From: Carcharhinus amblyrhynchos
Taxonomy: Eukaryota
Length of the DNA stretch: 64,000 bases
Direction: 5' to 3'
Assembly: GCA_965287045.1 (NCBI GenBank)
Contig: OZ336870.1
Location: forward strand, 106,268,001 to 106,332,000
Shown: one piece after another, positions 52,621-64,000 of the stretch
How the letters are laid out: each line of letters starts with the position of its first letter
Numbering within the stretch: position 1 is the stretch's first letter
The notes under the pieces: generated by a model
The model's input: only the letters and a program-made list of their open reading frames with translations
The model's database searches: none
What the model was told of the DNA's origin: nothing
Program-made: the position numbers and the translations under genes

Positions 52621-55600
52621 AACACTTGAAATGGTTCCTAGGCTCTCTGAATGAGTGTCTGCCAACTTCTTGTAAATTGCCTATAAAAATAGTTACAACT
52701 ATTACTGCAGTTGCTGCAATACCGAAGCAGTTTGAAACTACATGTTTCAGGTGGTCTCACCCCACTTGGCAGAATGTAGTTCTGGCAATCTTATTTCCTA
52801 GTTATAGTGCATTATATACATTGATACAAAGCCAAAATTATTTTGCATCAACATCATTGTGTTGAATAACTGACCAAGAGTACATCACACCTCAGACCTT
52901 TTTCCAACAAACTATAATTAATTGTGATCAGAGGGAATCAAGAGCAGTATAGCTCAGTACACTGATCTTCATGCCTCAGCATCCAGCTTTCATCAAGCGA
53001 GACTTTGCAAGGATACAGGAGGTCAGAGGAATGTATCTTCTCAATTAACACATAATCTAAGAGCTAACAAAAAAATACTTTATATAGGCAATTGTATCCA
53101 AAAGTAATGTCATGAATTGCTATATTTGCTTAGGCTCAGCCTCCCCAAGTGTTTCCATTATATCTTCAGTCAATAGTCCAACATAATCTTCAGCAGTTAA
53201 TCACACAGGGCTCAGCAAGAGCCTCTGTGATCACATGCTTTTCTTGTCGGCTTAGATGTTTGAATGGATTGCTTACCTGCCGAAATCCAGGATGAATTGG
53301 CACCATTGTCTATTTTTCTGAAGTGAATTAACCCCTGGGTTCCAATGTGGCATCCTATTAAAGCAGCAAAACCTAACATCAATGATTTACTTCCTTTTTT
53401 TCCCCCAGTAATTGAAATGTTTAGTTTGGAACTCAGATGGCCATGTTTTGGGGGAGAATTGACAGGGTCTATTGACCTGTAAATAATAAACTCCCTCAAT
53501 AATATACTATTATTTTACTTTCCTTTCTCTATTCCTTACTCTCCCTCTGATTGTGTGTCTAATCCTCTTTCATCTCCAGCTCCAATCTCCCGCTACCCCA
53601 TCTGCCACTGCTTTTCTCATCTCTAATTAGAAAACCCCTGATGACACATATCCATATTGTTAGCTTTCAGTAAGTCTATGTGGTGCATTGGTTAACACTT
53701 TGAAACCACTAGACTAACAGGATAAAAGACCTGATGAGAATTGAACTTGATCAGTTCTTCAGTAAGTATTTATCAGAAGCTGAGACTAATTTGATAAGAT
53801 TAGGTAATTTTATTAAGAGATGTCATGAGTGTGGTCATACTTGAACTGGAATAATTCACAGTAACACAATAAGAAGAACTTTTCTGAATGCTTGATGGTA
53901 CAGACAAATATTTAGTTCCGTAGCACACTCTCACCTGGAGCAGAAAATTTTATTGCAAAATATATAAAACTTCAAAGATTTGACCTCTGGGAATTGTACT
54001 GTTCTGAGAAGAACCTGTAAGAGAGCTTGGTTCACTGTTAACAATAAGACAGATTGAAACTTTGCAACAGTAGATTTGCAACAACTTGGGGTATTGCAGA
54101 TGATCTTGGGGTTATTCAATTATTTCCTAGGGCAAGACCTATCACGTCAGAGACCAATGCCTTCAAAATAGAATTCAAAGATTTTCCACTGTATATTTGA
54201 AATCATTCATTTTCCTTATACACAACTCAGTTTTCCGAGAAATGCCTTCTGATTAAACAGAAGTTATACGAAAGCCATGGTTTGAATAAAAATTAGTATC
54301 AAAATGAGAAACTTTCTGCAATGTGTTTTACAGTAAACTTTGTAATAAATGGCTGTTCCTTCACTGTCACTGGGTCGAAATCTTGGAACTCTCTCCCTAG
54401 CAGCACCTTGGGTGTATCTACACCACATGGACTGCAGTGGTTCAAGAATGTAACTCAGCACCGCCTTCTCAAGAGTAATTAGGAATGGACAATAACTGCT
54501 GACCTAGACACTTCCCAAGAATGAATAGGACAAAACAACTTTTGAAATAAAGTCTCTGTGGAAGTGCAGGCAATACGGCAGCCAATTTAATTCCCACAAA
54601 CATCCTACAAACAGTGTGATAATGATCAGGAAAATTGTTGAAAATTAGATTCAGTGTCACTTATTGCTTGGCGTTTCAGATGCCACTTGAGACCAAATTG
54701 GCATCTGCTGTGCTCTCCCTTCTTCTCCTCTCTCTTCTAGCATATTGCTCTGCTCTACTTGGCCTCTCCTCATTCTCCCAGTATGTTACATTCCAAAGAA
54801 ATGCCTAAACTGGACCCTTGTCTTGGAGCATCCAGCTTTTGCTGAAGTGATGAAGGTAACAAAAAAATCCATTTGGCACTTGCTTCAGATTCCTGTAGAT
54901 TTTTGCAACTCTTGATAATAATGCAAAGCACTAAAAGCTTGCACTATTGTAGTACCAGCCAGAACAAACCTCCCAGAATCTATCATTTTCATTGTTTATT
55001 ATCCGTTATAAAATTGATGGTGGTGGGAAGTTGTGGAGATCCCTTCCTGCTGTGTAATAACCATGTCTAAAGAGCCCACCATTATAAAGATGCTGGAATA
55101 CCGATCAATGACTGAACAGCCCCTCAGATATCTCCCTGGAAAAAAGAAATAGCTGTCTCTTCAACCCTGTTCCAAATTTCTCCCAAAGCAATAAGTATAG
55201 AAATTAATTGGTGAAATAATTGAAAAACCCTTACTTGTCTTCTTACAGGTTGTTTTTAACTTTTTAAAGTTGGCACTTTTAATTCTAACCATTATTCTGA
55301 CCTGAAGTCCCACGTAGGCACAAATTTTCATTGATTATCAGGAATTTGCACCTGACCTGACTAGACATGCTCTCTACTAACCATACACTGACACAGATAT
55401 AGGATCTCCCAAATTGGAGTGTCATCATGCCTGGTCTTTTCCTTCACCCCTCCTATGCTGATGCTATATTTGGGGCAGCACAATTCTAAGACTGGGATAT
55501 GATGTATTTGGGTTTTGGTCTAAATTCTGGCTCTATCCAAAATTAGAAAAGAAGTACTCCAGTAAGGTTGCAGATCTTTGAAGACCAATGTTGGGTTTTA

Positions 55601-56910
55601 TGCATTTCAAACCCTGCCCAATTTTAATAAAACCGACGCTTCAGATGTAAGCCTTGCATGCAATCTTTGCCTTTGAGATACTAATTCCCCTGCTGATTCC
55701 CATCCACTATTTTCTGTTTCTACTTTTGGTTCCCAATTTTTACCTCTTATTCTACATATTTTCAGATACCAGAAAAACCCAAATAATCACTCCTAAATTG
55801 TTATTGCAATCTAACAAGAAAAGGATGGGATGTTTCTGATTGCTGCATCAATACTTTTCCCTGGTTATTCAGTCTCCACCTCACATGAGTGAGCAATGGG
55901 AAGAGTTGGCAGTGGTTCTGTCCATTATTTTAGGGATGGGGAGATTCCTCTTTGTAGCTTGTAAAGATCTGATTCTGCAAGCACTTCCCATTTTGCAAAT
56001 GTGGTACACGTTATAAATAATTACACTTCAAAGAGCTAGATTGACCATCATTTATACTCAATGGGAGGAAAATCTAGTCTATATTTCTATAGGAGTTATG
56101 TTCATTAATCAATTGCTCTGCATTAAAATATCCTTCCTGTTGTAATTGTTTCCATGTTCTCCTTCTAAAGCACAAACTAAAAATACACCACCTGAGGTGA
56201 TACATAGGAAATGACTATCTTCCTAGGTAAATACACAGAACCACTTGTGCACTACAGTTATTTTTAAACTAATGCAAACTTCATGCAGCCTCCCAGTCAT
56301 CGAAGTTGTGTAACAAAGCATCATAATTGAAAGTTACTTTACTTGGGTTTCCTCTGTCATCAGCAATAAGGAAATAGATGAGCCTGGAAATGATTTTGAG
56401 TGATGTAATCATGCGGATGTTTAAATAAATTGACGAGCGCCTCTTCAAAACATCTAAAAGAGGATTTAAAGTGAGCACATTGAGGCTACGTGATAATATT
56501 CCTTGCAGTCATTTCTGGGCTATATGTTTTTGTTTAAGTGCATGGTATGTTGCCCAGAAGAACCCCAGTATTATATGGAATGTTTTTTTATATGAAGTTC
56601 TCCATTTGTGGGGATCAGGAGAGAAGGATCCTTGTATTTTTCCAATATATGAAGAGGTAACCTCTACTGCCATAAATCTGTGTCAGCACCAGATAAGAAT
56701 CTAGGAAAAGTCAAGACTAAATACGCAAATCAAATCTGACCTGGTACCAGTGACAAATTGCACCGCATGATAACAGAAATTCTTGTCATATCTTGTGTTG
56801 CCTTATAATTTTGATACCATAGCAGATTGCCAGAAAATATTATAAAGAAACCTATAAAAGATTGTTCATTTCTTTTCTTAGTCACCTGTGTTAATGTTAT
56901 ATAATTGCAG

Positions 56911-57088
56911 CCAGACGTTAATGTGAGAATGATGACTGACGGTCAGTTGGAATATGACCAGCCTGTTGATGAACCAAATGATCAAACTAGCTACGATTAT
57001 GAATATGTAACCTCCTCCAGTCTGGAAGATTTACGGCATGTGAAAATTTGCCCCGCTAAGCCAATAAACATGCAGTCAGATTATGCAG
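56911..57088 (+). CDS. CLNK: CLNK exon (178 nt, phase 0 to 1): acidic tyrosine-motif region PDVNVRMMTDGQLEYDQPVDEPNDQTSYDYEYVTSSSLEDLRHVKICPAKPINMQSDYA
   Basis: ttgcag| acceptor and CAG|gtaatt donor. KICPAKPI...DYA|D matches the CLNK signature KILPARPI...EYAD as recalled. Confidence 0.88.
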
Positions 57089-57419
57089 GTAATTGTACAG
57101 AGCTATTCAGGCATTTTGCTCTTATTTAAATATGTTAATTGCAAAGCTGCTTGCTCCGGCAACATTCAAAAAAACTGTCATTGAACCAATTTATTATCAC
57201 CTAGCACTGAAGCCCATGCCCCCCCTCGCATGGAAAATTGAGATATGCTTGCGCAAGAGATATTTATGATATGCGTCTTTGAGTGGTTCAATAAATAAAT
57301 GCATGGTATGGTGCCATACTAATCCATACAGAGAAGAAATGTACAAAGTTTCATCCCATTAAATATTGATGCATAGATATATCACAGCTGTATGGGTCAG
57401 TAACAACATATTTATATAA

Positions 57420-57800
57420 AAACAAGCAAAATACTGAGGACGTGGACACAGAAACAAGAAAAGAGGATGCTGGAAAAGCTCAACAGGTCTGGCAGCATCT
57501 GTAAGAAGAGAAAGAAGAGTTAACATTTGGAGCACTTTTGGCTATTTGACGGAACTACAGAAAGGAAGGGAGAATGTATTAGATATTAAAGTGTAACTGT
57601 AAGAGATTGCAACAACGTGCAGCAACTTTAAGAAGAAAGGACAGATGGCCTGGTGTGGCTGGGGGGTAGGGGGTGGGATGAGGAGGGGGGGTGGATAGTT
57701 GCATTGAGGTAATGCAAGTATAAGATATTTTAAAAAGGGGTTTAAGATGGAGGAGAAAGGTTGCAATCTAAAGCTGCCAAACTCGATGTTGAGTCCTGAT
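57420..57800 (-). mobile_element. Penelope-like element 3' end
   Basis: Minus-strand SGLNIEFGSFR (57767-57799) is the P.GLN end of the PLE GIY-YIG endonuclease. It is followed by the terminal repeat also seen at 7345, 8655, 15500, 33415 and 61800. Confidence 0.7.
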
Positions 57801-58720
57801 ACGAGGGCAGGTAGAAAGTGATGAGAGTTCAGGGCTAGGGGAGGGAAAACGTTTGTGAAAGTTTGTACTAGGAGAAGGAAGAGAAGTGGCAGAGGTAGTT
57901 GATTAGATTGCCTCCGTTATGGTGACAAAAATGCCCATTTATTGTTGGAAGGGAGGGGAGAGGAGACGGGGAAGAGGCATTTAAAAAGAGGAGTTACAGT
58001 AGAGGAAAGAAGCTAGGGGTAATATTTGCATTCTAGGATGACCCTGGAATACTGACAAATTTAAGTAGACAAGAATAGGATCCAACAGTGTTTTATGTAG
58101 TCCAACCAAAACTAGTGGGAGATGATTAAACCAATTGTCTAGTCTATCTTTTCAAGTCTGTATTCCTTGTACTTAAGGGGACAGAAAGAATGATGAATTG
58201 GGGCAAGAGAGATTAATGCTTGTATTGAAGACAAGAGCATCAAATGTGGAGGTGAGGGTGTGATTAAAATCAGTAGCTACAGAAATATCACAGTGAATGG
58301 ATGAAAGTTAGACCATTGAGATTTTGAAAACATAGTTGTAAGTGAATTGTGGATTTTTTTTTTCCCCAGTGGCAGATATAGAAGGATGAAGTGTTGGGAT
58401 ATGGGTGGAGAGCAGTGCAAAGCAATTATCTGAGAAATTATTGATGATTATTGATATGTTGGGACTAGCAAATCAATGTGAGATGGCAAGGTCGAGGGAA
58501 TGGCCTTGAATGTGTTTTGTGGAAGAGATTTAGAGAAGACAAGGGGGAAGTGACCTCTGAGGGCAGAGAATGTGGAGATTGAAATCACTGAGGATAAGAA
58601 GCCACTTGATGCATAGGTTGAGAGAGGAAAGCAGTGAAGATATCTCAGTGAGAAAGCTTTTATGCTGCTTGGGTGGTGTCCTGTTTTTATAACAATATAA
58701 AGACACCAATCTCTCATAAG
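57800..58720 (-). mobile_element. Old L2 LINE endonuclease-region remnant
   Basis: Purine-rich + strand. The minus strand reads, across frameshifts, like L2 (...ILSDFNLH at ~58570-58595). Confidence 0.5.
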
Positions 58721-60104
58721 GGATTGGCTAAACTCATTGTGGGTTCATTTATTTAGACTAGAGACATGAAAACAAACATGCATAGGTAGAAAGCTTGAAG
58801 ATATCAGGGCAGAGCTGTGTCTTGTGTTCTACTCAGAGGCAAAAGTGAAACTGACACTGAATCACATGACACACTTCCCTCTAGTGATATCATGCTGCTA
58901 TCCCTTAAAGGCATATTACAACAGGGGGAGGTAGAGAACCAAGATTATAAACTAATGGAAAAGGGCTGGAACAAGATGAGAGGCTGAGAGGAGAAGAAAA
59001 TACCTGAATTGTAGGGAGACAGGCCAAGGTATAATTTGGTGACAACGGACAGTGTTGTTGCAATGGATGGAAGAGCATTGTTCCTGTCCATCATTTATTA
59101 ATGTTTTTGAAAGTCTGGCTATGAAGCTTGCCAGTGGAGTATAGCCTCCTACAAATCCCTGACTCAGATCACTGAAATAAAATAAACATTTGTATCACTT
59201 ACAAAGAATAGATTTGTAGGTGAAGTAGTGAAAAGCAGTTAGTTTCTGGGAAAATATGAATCAATGCCTTTGAGAAACAAAGGAAGAAAACGTGGTGAAG
59301 ACAGATGGAACATTAGGTGAAAATATACAGTGTTGTTAATTCGGGGCTGGATGCATTTATATCATTATTCAGCAACTCCTCAGACATGATTTTCAAAATA
59401 GTCATTCATTATCTGAAAATTAGATACTGTTGCCCTCTGGTGACCAAATACAGACATTGTTCTTTGTGATGTGTGTGTTGTGTGTGAGTGTAGAACAAGG
59501 GGGTGAGGGGGCAATTTTAACTTGAGGGTGCTCATATGTTTCGATGCAAGCAGTGGAATTAAATCTCTCAAAAATGCAGTGCCCTGTGAATCTGGGCTTA
59601 AGCCAACAACTAGTTTGGCTAGTTCAAAATAATCCCTTCAGGATAGATAGGTTGCCGATTAACAAACCCTAAAAGCTCAGCCTGTGTGATAGTTCAGCAC
59701 AGTTTTAAATTGAATGGCATGTCCAAGTGTTTCTGGAGCTGTCTGAAAGTAGCAATAAAAAGCAGAGCCAGGACACAACTGAAATTGTGGGGGCTGATTG
59801 AAGCTCAAGGAAGACTGCCATCAATACTCAGTATGCATAGCTATTTTCTTATCTACAAGTGAGGAAGAGTTTGTAACAGTGCTTTTGTTCAGAATTTATT
59901 TTCTATACTTTGAGAATGACTCACATCATGTTGGGTGGAATTTCGTTGCCTTAGATCGAGCCTTGAACAAGGAAAAATATCACAAATACAGCAGCCATTA
60001 CATGAGAGATGTGTAACTGGACAGTCGAGAAGAGAGTATCAGAAGGCTGTAGCTCTAAGGAGGCATGACCCCTGACACATTGTGTACAGGCAAAAGCTTA
60101 ACTT

Positions 60105-61027
60105 GGGGGGAAAGTGTCCAACCTCGCCGTGCCTGGAGCAACTTGCGCCAATCCTGGAGAATAGCATGCAGTTATAAAAATTGGTTTTGCGCCCGTCACC
60201 AGACAGTCTACAATTCTCCTGGCCCCTTTGAAATAGCATGAACTGGGTCAGACCTAGAAAGGGCGCTAGGCCAACTGGCATATTTAAAGTGGCATTTATG
60301 CGTAGCCCATTCACATTCCAGCACCCAGGGGATGCTCCGGCCTTCAGGCATGGCCCGAGGATGACGAGAATCACTACTGGTCTCCATTAGGGAAACCTGG
60401 TGTCATGGTCATTTTGGGGGGAGGGTGGGAGGGTAGGAGGGGACCGTTGAAGCCCCCAGGATGTCAGGGGCATGGCCAGGCAGTACCCATCAGGCAGTAC
60501 CCACCTGGTGATCCCAACTGGCACACTGACAGTCCCCACAAGACACTCTGGCAGTGGCCACCAGCCAGAGACCCTGGTGGTGTCAATTGGACACCACCAA
60601 TGCCAAAGGGGTGGAGCCTGAATGGGGATGTGACAGCAGGACCTATGTGGAGAACCACCGCCCCCCCCCCGGGTGTGTCAGATGGGGGAGTCATACGGAG
60701 ATGAATCCAGAAAGCGGTCTTGATGGGGAATTATATAGGCAGGACAGGACAGGAGGCCCCCTATGCTGGTGACCCATGTTGCAGACGAGTGGGGAGACTA
60801 TGCCGCTGATGAAGGGGAAGTCCTGATGTCCATGGGCGAGGGGGGGGCCTCTAAATGCACTGTCATTACAAAACAGTGTCCGAGCGTTCTGAAGCTGGGC
60901 TCACTGTGTACATCCACTGTGTACATGCATTATTGGAGTGAGGTGCAGTCACTAAGAGCCTTGAATCCATTGTCACACCCTGGTTTCTCCTGGTTGCAAC
61001 ACAAAACTCCATTTTTGGATTAGCCCT
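60105..61027. mobile_element. GC-rich Harbinger-type MITE
   Basis: GC-rich island with TGGCA/TGCCA motifs and GGG...CCC termini, like 492-1527 and 7719-8607. Confidence 0.5.
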
Positions 61028-61547
61028 TTACATACTGGAGTTGAAATGTCTATATCACGTGAACCTCCATCGCACCTATTGCTGTTCAACAGTCATCATA
61101 CGTAGGAGTAAAATGGTGACAAGGTGGCTGCATTCAAATGCTATTGTTGGGCACGCTGAACTTACTTCTGTGCTTTCTACACATTACCAGAGCCCCTACT
61201 CTCTTCCCCACCCCTTCAGCTTCCAAGTAAATATCACAGCCAAAGATTATATAGCCTGGCTGATTGATACGGGGGCAATGGGGGAAGCAATATTATTCAC
61301 ACCCCAAAACAATTTTTCTGATTCTAACAGTGACACATTTATCCTAAGACTCATTAAATTTTTTTTGCAAAAATCATTCTTTATTTGAGAACACAAACAT
61401 GGTATAACACATGCATGGAAATGAAAATTGAAGTAACACAGCCTCGAGGGACAAAACCTGGGCAACCACCACTTCCTTCCTTCACATATTCTTTCACAGA
61501 TTTTTTAACAGAAACGTTAGTCAAAAATATTTCCTTTTTTTTTACAG

Positions 61548-61684
61548 ATAAGCGGTGTTTACCGACGATGCCACCCCCACCTTTATCAAAGGGTGGTCTA
61601 CCCCCACATCAGAGACCCCAAGTAGCCTTCAGGCAGCTGTCATTGCTAAATACACAGCCCAACACACAGTGCAAGAGCAGCAAT
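61548..61684 (+). CDS. CLNK: CLNK exon (137 nt, phase 1 to 0): proline-rich DKRCLPTMPPPPLSKGGLPPHQRPQVAFRQLSLLNTQPNTQCKSSN
   Basis: Near-ideal acceptor ttcctttttttttacag| and donor |gtaagt. It completes the YA|D codon from 57088. Confidence 0.88.
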
Positions 61685-62519
61685 GTAAGTAACTCCTGTA
61701 ATTATAGCTCAACTGCAGTGTTATATCTTCTGCAATTGTATCAAAATTGTGTGTAATCCAGAAATAAGAGAAAAACTGAGTTTAATGTTTCACTTCAATA
61801 GTTACGTCTGTTTCTCTCTCCACAGATGCTGTCAGACCTGCTGAGTATTTCTTGCATTTTCTTTTTTTAATTCAGACAGCATTCACAAGATTTTGCTCTT
61901 GAATATATAATTCATAATGGACTCTTCAGGGTAATACAAGTCATACATATATACCTAGCTAGTAATGCTTAAAATCCAAAGGTGATACTTACGACAAATT
62001 CAGAGAAAACAGCAAACAGCCTTTTGATCTTTTTAATTTAGCAACTTACACTATTGTGATTTGAACTAACGTCTTCAATGAAATTTTACTCTTCTTTAGG
62101 GAAAGATGGTTTTAACAAGTGACAATAAAAATTATAACAGAAAATGCTGGAAGTAAGCCACCTACCTAGGAGGCCCACCGGCCCTCTTTAATAGGACAGC
62201 CAACCAGGAGGCCACATCCTGGAAGGTTGCACTGGGAAGAAGAGGGCCCCTGGAGGACAGGTGTGAGCTCAGGACCCCCAGTGGTACAAACATGAGTGTC
62301 CTGATGTCAATGATAAATTCAGCTCAATATTTAATCTTGATTGCCTTTTATCAGATTTGGGAATCATTGTGGTTGGCTAGGAAATAGAACACAAGGGGAG
62401 GTCTAAGATTGAAGACAAGGAAGAAAATATTAAGTAACAGAAAAGTTGGTTGTGTAGGGTCAAAGGAAGCATAAATGGTGCAAGAGAAGAAACAAAATAT
62501 ATGTGTGGGGAGGTGTGAA

Positions 62520-62930
62520 TATTTTCTTTATTCTTCCACATGATTTGGGCTTCGCTGGCTAAACCAGCATTTATTGCCCATTCCTAATTGCTCTTGAGAA
62601 AGTGGTAGTGAGCTCCTGCCATTCACATGTTAACAAGGAATTTCCAGGATTTTGACCCAGTGGCTGTGAAAGAACAGTGATATAATTCCAAGTCAGGGTG
62701 GCGTTGGGCTTGGAAGGGAACTTGCAGGTGTTAGAGTTTCTATGTATCTGCTGTCTTTGTCCTTCTGGGTGGTCAAGGCTGCAGGTTTGGAAAGTTATGT
62801 CAAGGAAGCCATGTTGAGATTCTGCAGTGAATCTGGAGACTGTACACACTGTTACCACTGTGCATCAATGGTGGAGGGAATGAATGTTGAAGATGGGGGT
62901 GGGGTCCCAATCAAGCAGAATGTTATCAAG
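62520..62930 (-). mobile_element. LINE (CR1/L2 group) 3' end
   Basis: Homologous to 39665-40225 (CCAGCATTTATTGCCCATTCCTAATTGC). Confidence 0.8.
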
Positions 62931-63029
62931 CAGAGTGATAGCCAACTTCCAGCCAGAAGACAAAAAAAAGAGAAAAACAAGAGAGTAAAACCAAAGCCAG
63001 CAAGGAAAAAGAAAATTAAACAAGGTTAC

Positions 63030-63090
63030 AGTCTGAAATTGTTGCACTCAGTTGAGTCCAGAAAGCTGCAAAGTGTCTCGTCGAAAGATA
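63030..63090 (-). mobile_element. Penelope GIY-YIG C-terminal fragment
   Basis: Minus strand IFRRDTLQLSGLN(frameshift)ECNNFR. Confidence 0.6.
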
Positions 63091-63296
63091 GGGTTCAAAA
63101 CAGAAAATGCTGGAAATGTTCAGCGGGTCAACAGTAAAATGATGGGGTTTGATATAACGGGGATGAACTCGAATTTAATTTTTATTTAAGTACATATTTT
63201 GAAACCATTATTTGTTAACTTGCTACTGCTATATTTACTTTATCTCCCTGATGTTTTGATTTGCTCTCATTATTCTGGCTTATGTTTTGTTTTTAG

Positions 63297-63339
63297 ATAC
63301 AAAGAGGGAAGAAAAGTTCTGACAGTCATGCAGCTCAAG
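63297..63339 (+). CDS. CLNK: Probable CLNK exon (43 nt): IQRGKKSSDSHAAQ if entered in phase 0
   Basis: Strong acceptor tatgttttgtttttag| and donor AAG|gtactg. Open in the frame required by 61684. Confidence 0.65.
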
Positions 63340-63821
63340 GTACTGCAGAAGCCCTTTTCCAAATTAATGAAGCATTTCACTTCTCACCTTCAGCAAACAG
63401 GAAGTATGACTCGGTGACCTGTACTCACCCTCGGCCCTGGATCATCAGCTTCCACTTTTATAGTCCATTTCTCACTCGCCTCTCTATATTTAACAATCTA
63501 ACAGTTTTCTTCAGAATAGCGTTCTATTGTTTTCCAAGTTGAAAGGTTTCAGGAATTAATTGCAACAGTTTGATGTGACCTGTGAAAAATTATGCAGCCA
63601 CATGGACAACCCCTACCAGACCAGCCCCTTTCCTTTATAAGATATGGTTGTGAAATGTATTTGTTTCAAAGTTAAAGTTTTATCTTCTCATGACAAACAT
63701 TATACTTTGTAAAGTCTACATGAATGGCACTCTATGAAACAGTGGTTAAAATAATTTGTTTTCTATTTTACTAAAATTAGCAATGAAATTATCTATTTCG
63801 AAAGGTCATTAGTTGAATATT

Positions 63822-64000
63822 ATAGAACCATAGAAACCCTACAGTACAGAAAGAGGCCATTCAACCCATCAAGTCTGCTCTGATCACCAATCCCACACAG
63901 GCTCTATCCCCATATCCCTACATATTTACCCACTAATCCCTCTAACCTACACATCTCAGGACACTAAGGGCAATTTTTAGCATGGCCAATCAAGCTGATC
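63822..64000 (-). mobile_element. HE1-like V-SINE (cut by the window end)
   Basis: Highly similar to 44150-44330. Confidence 0.88.

Noticed and set aside
53731-53762. CTGATGA followed by a hairpin, as a possible hammerhead
   Set aside because: There is no GAAA after the stem and no stems I/III, so it is only a short imperfect palindrome. CTGATGA at ~15070 and ~46552 fail the same way.

Overview
Eukaryotic, repeat-rich vertebrate genomic DNA. The repeat set (HE1/V-SINEs, CR1/HER1-type LINEs, Deu-type SINEs, Penelope ends, Harbinger MITEs) points to a cartilaginous fish, most likely a shark. No prokaryotic genes, rRNA, tRNA genes or CRISPR arrays are present. The window holds the 5' part of one + strand, multi-exon gene that I read as CLNK (SLP-76/BLNK adaptor family). 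Phase-compatible exons at 17771-17842, 18912-18952, 51872-51915, 56911-57088, 61548-61684 and 63297-63339 join into one open frame containing the CLNK-like motif KICPAKPINMQSDYADKRC. The SH2 exons lie beyond the window. A candidate hematopoietic promoter and first exon sit at about 3.5-4.4 kb. The introns hold decayed CR1, RTE, L2, Rex1 and Penelope retroelements, many SINEs, two fossil Harbinger transposases with related MITEs, and several nested insertions. Most worth follow-up: a Penelope-derived palindrome with hammerhead-ribozyme-like cores on both strands (7.4-7.6 kb), an unexplained pair of ~500-bp direct repeats that diverged in a codon-like pattern (40.2 and 43.6 kb), and extra tyrosine motifs and candidate alternative exons in CLNK. 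Family assignments come from recalled motifs, not database searches, and repeat boundaries and identity values are estimates by eye. I found no clearly demonstrated new biological system.
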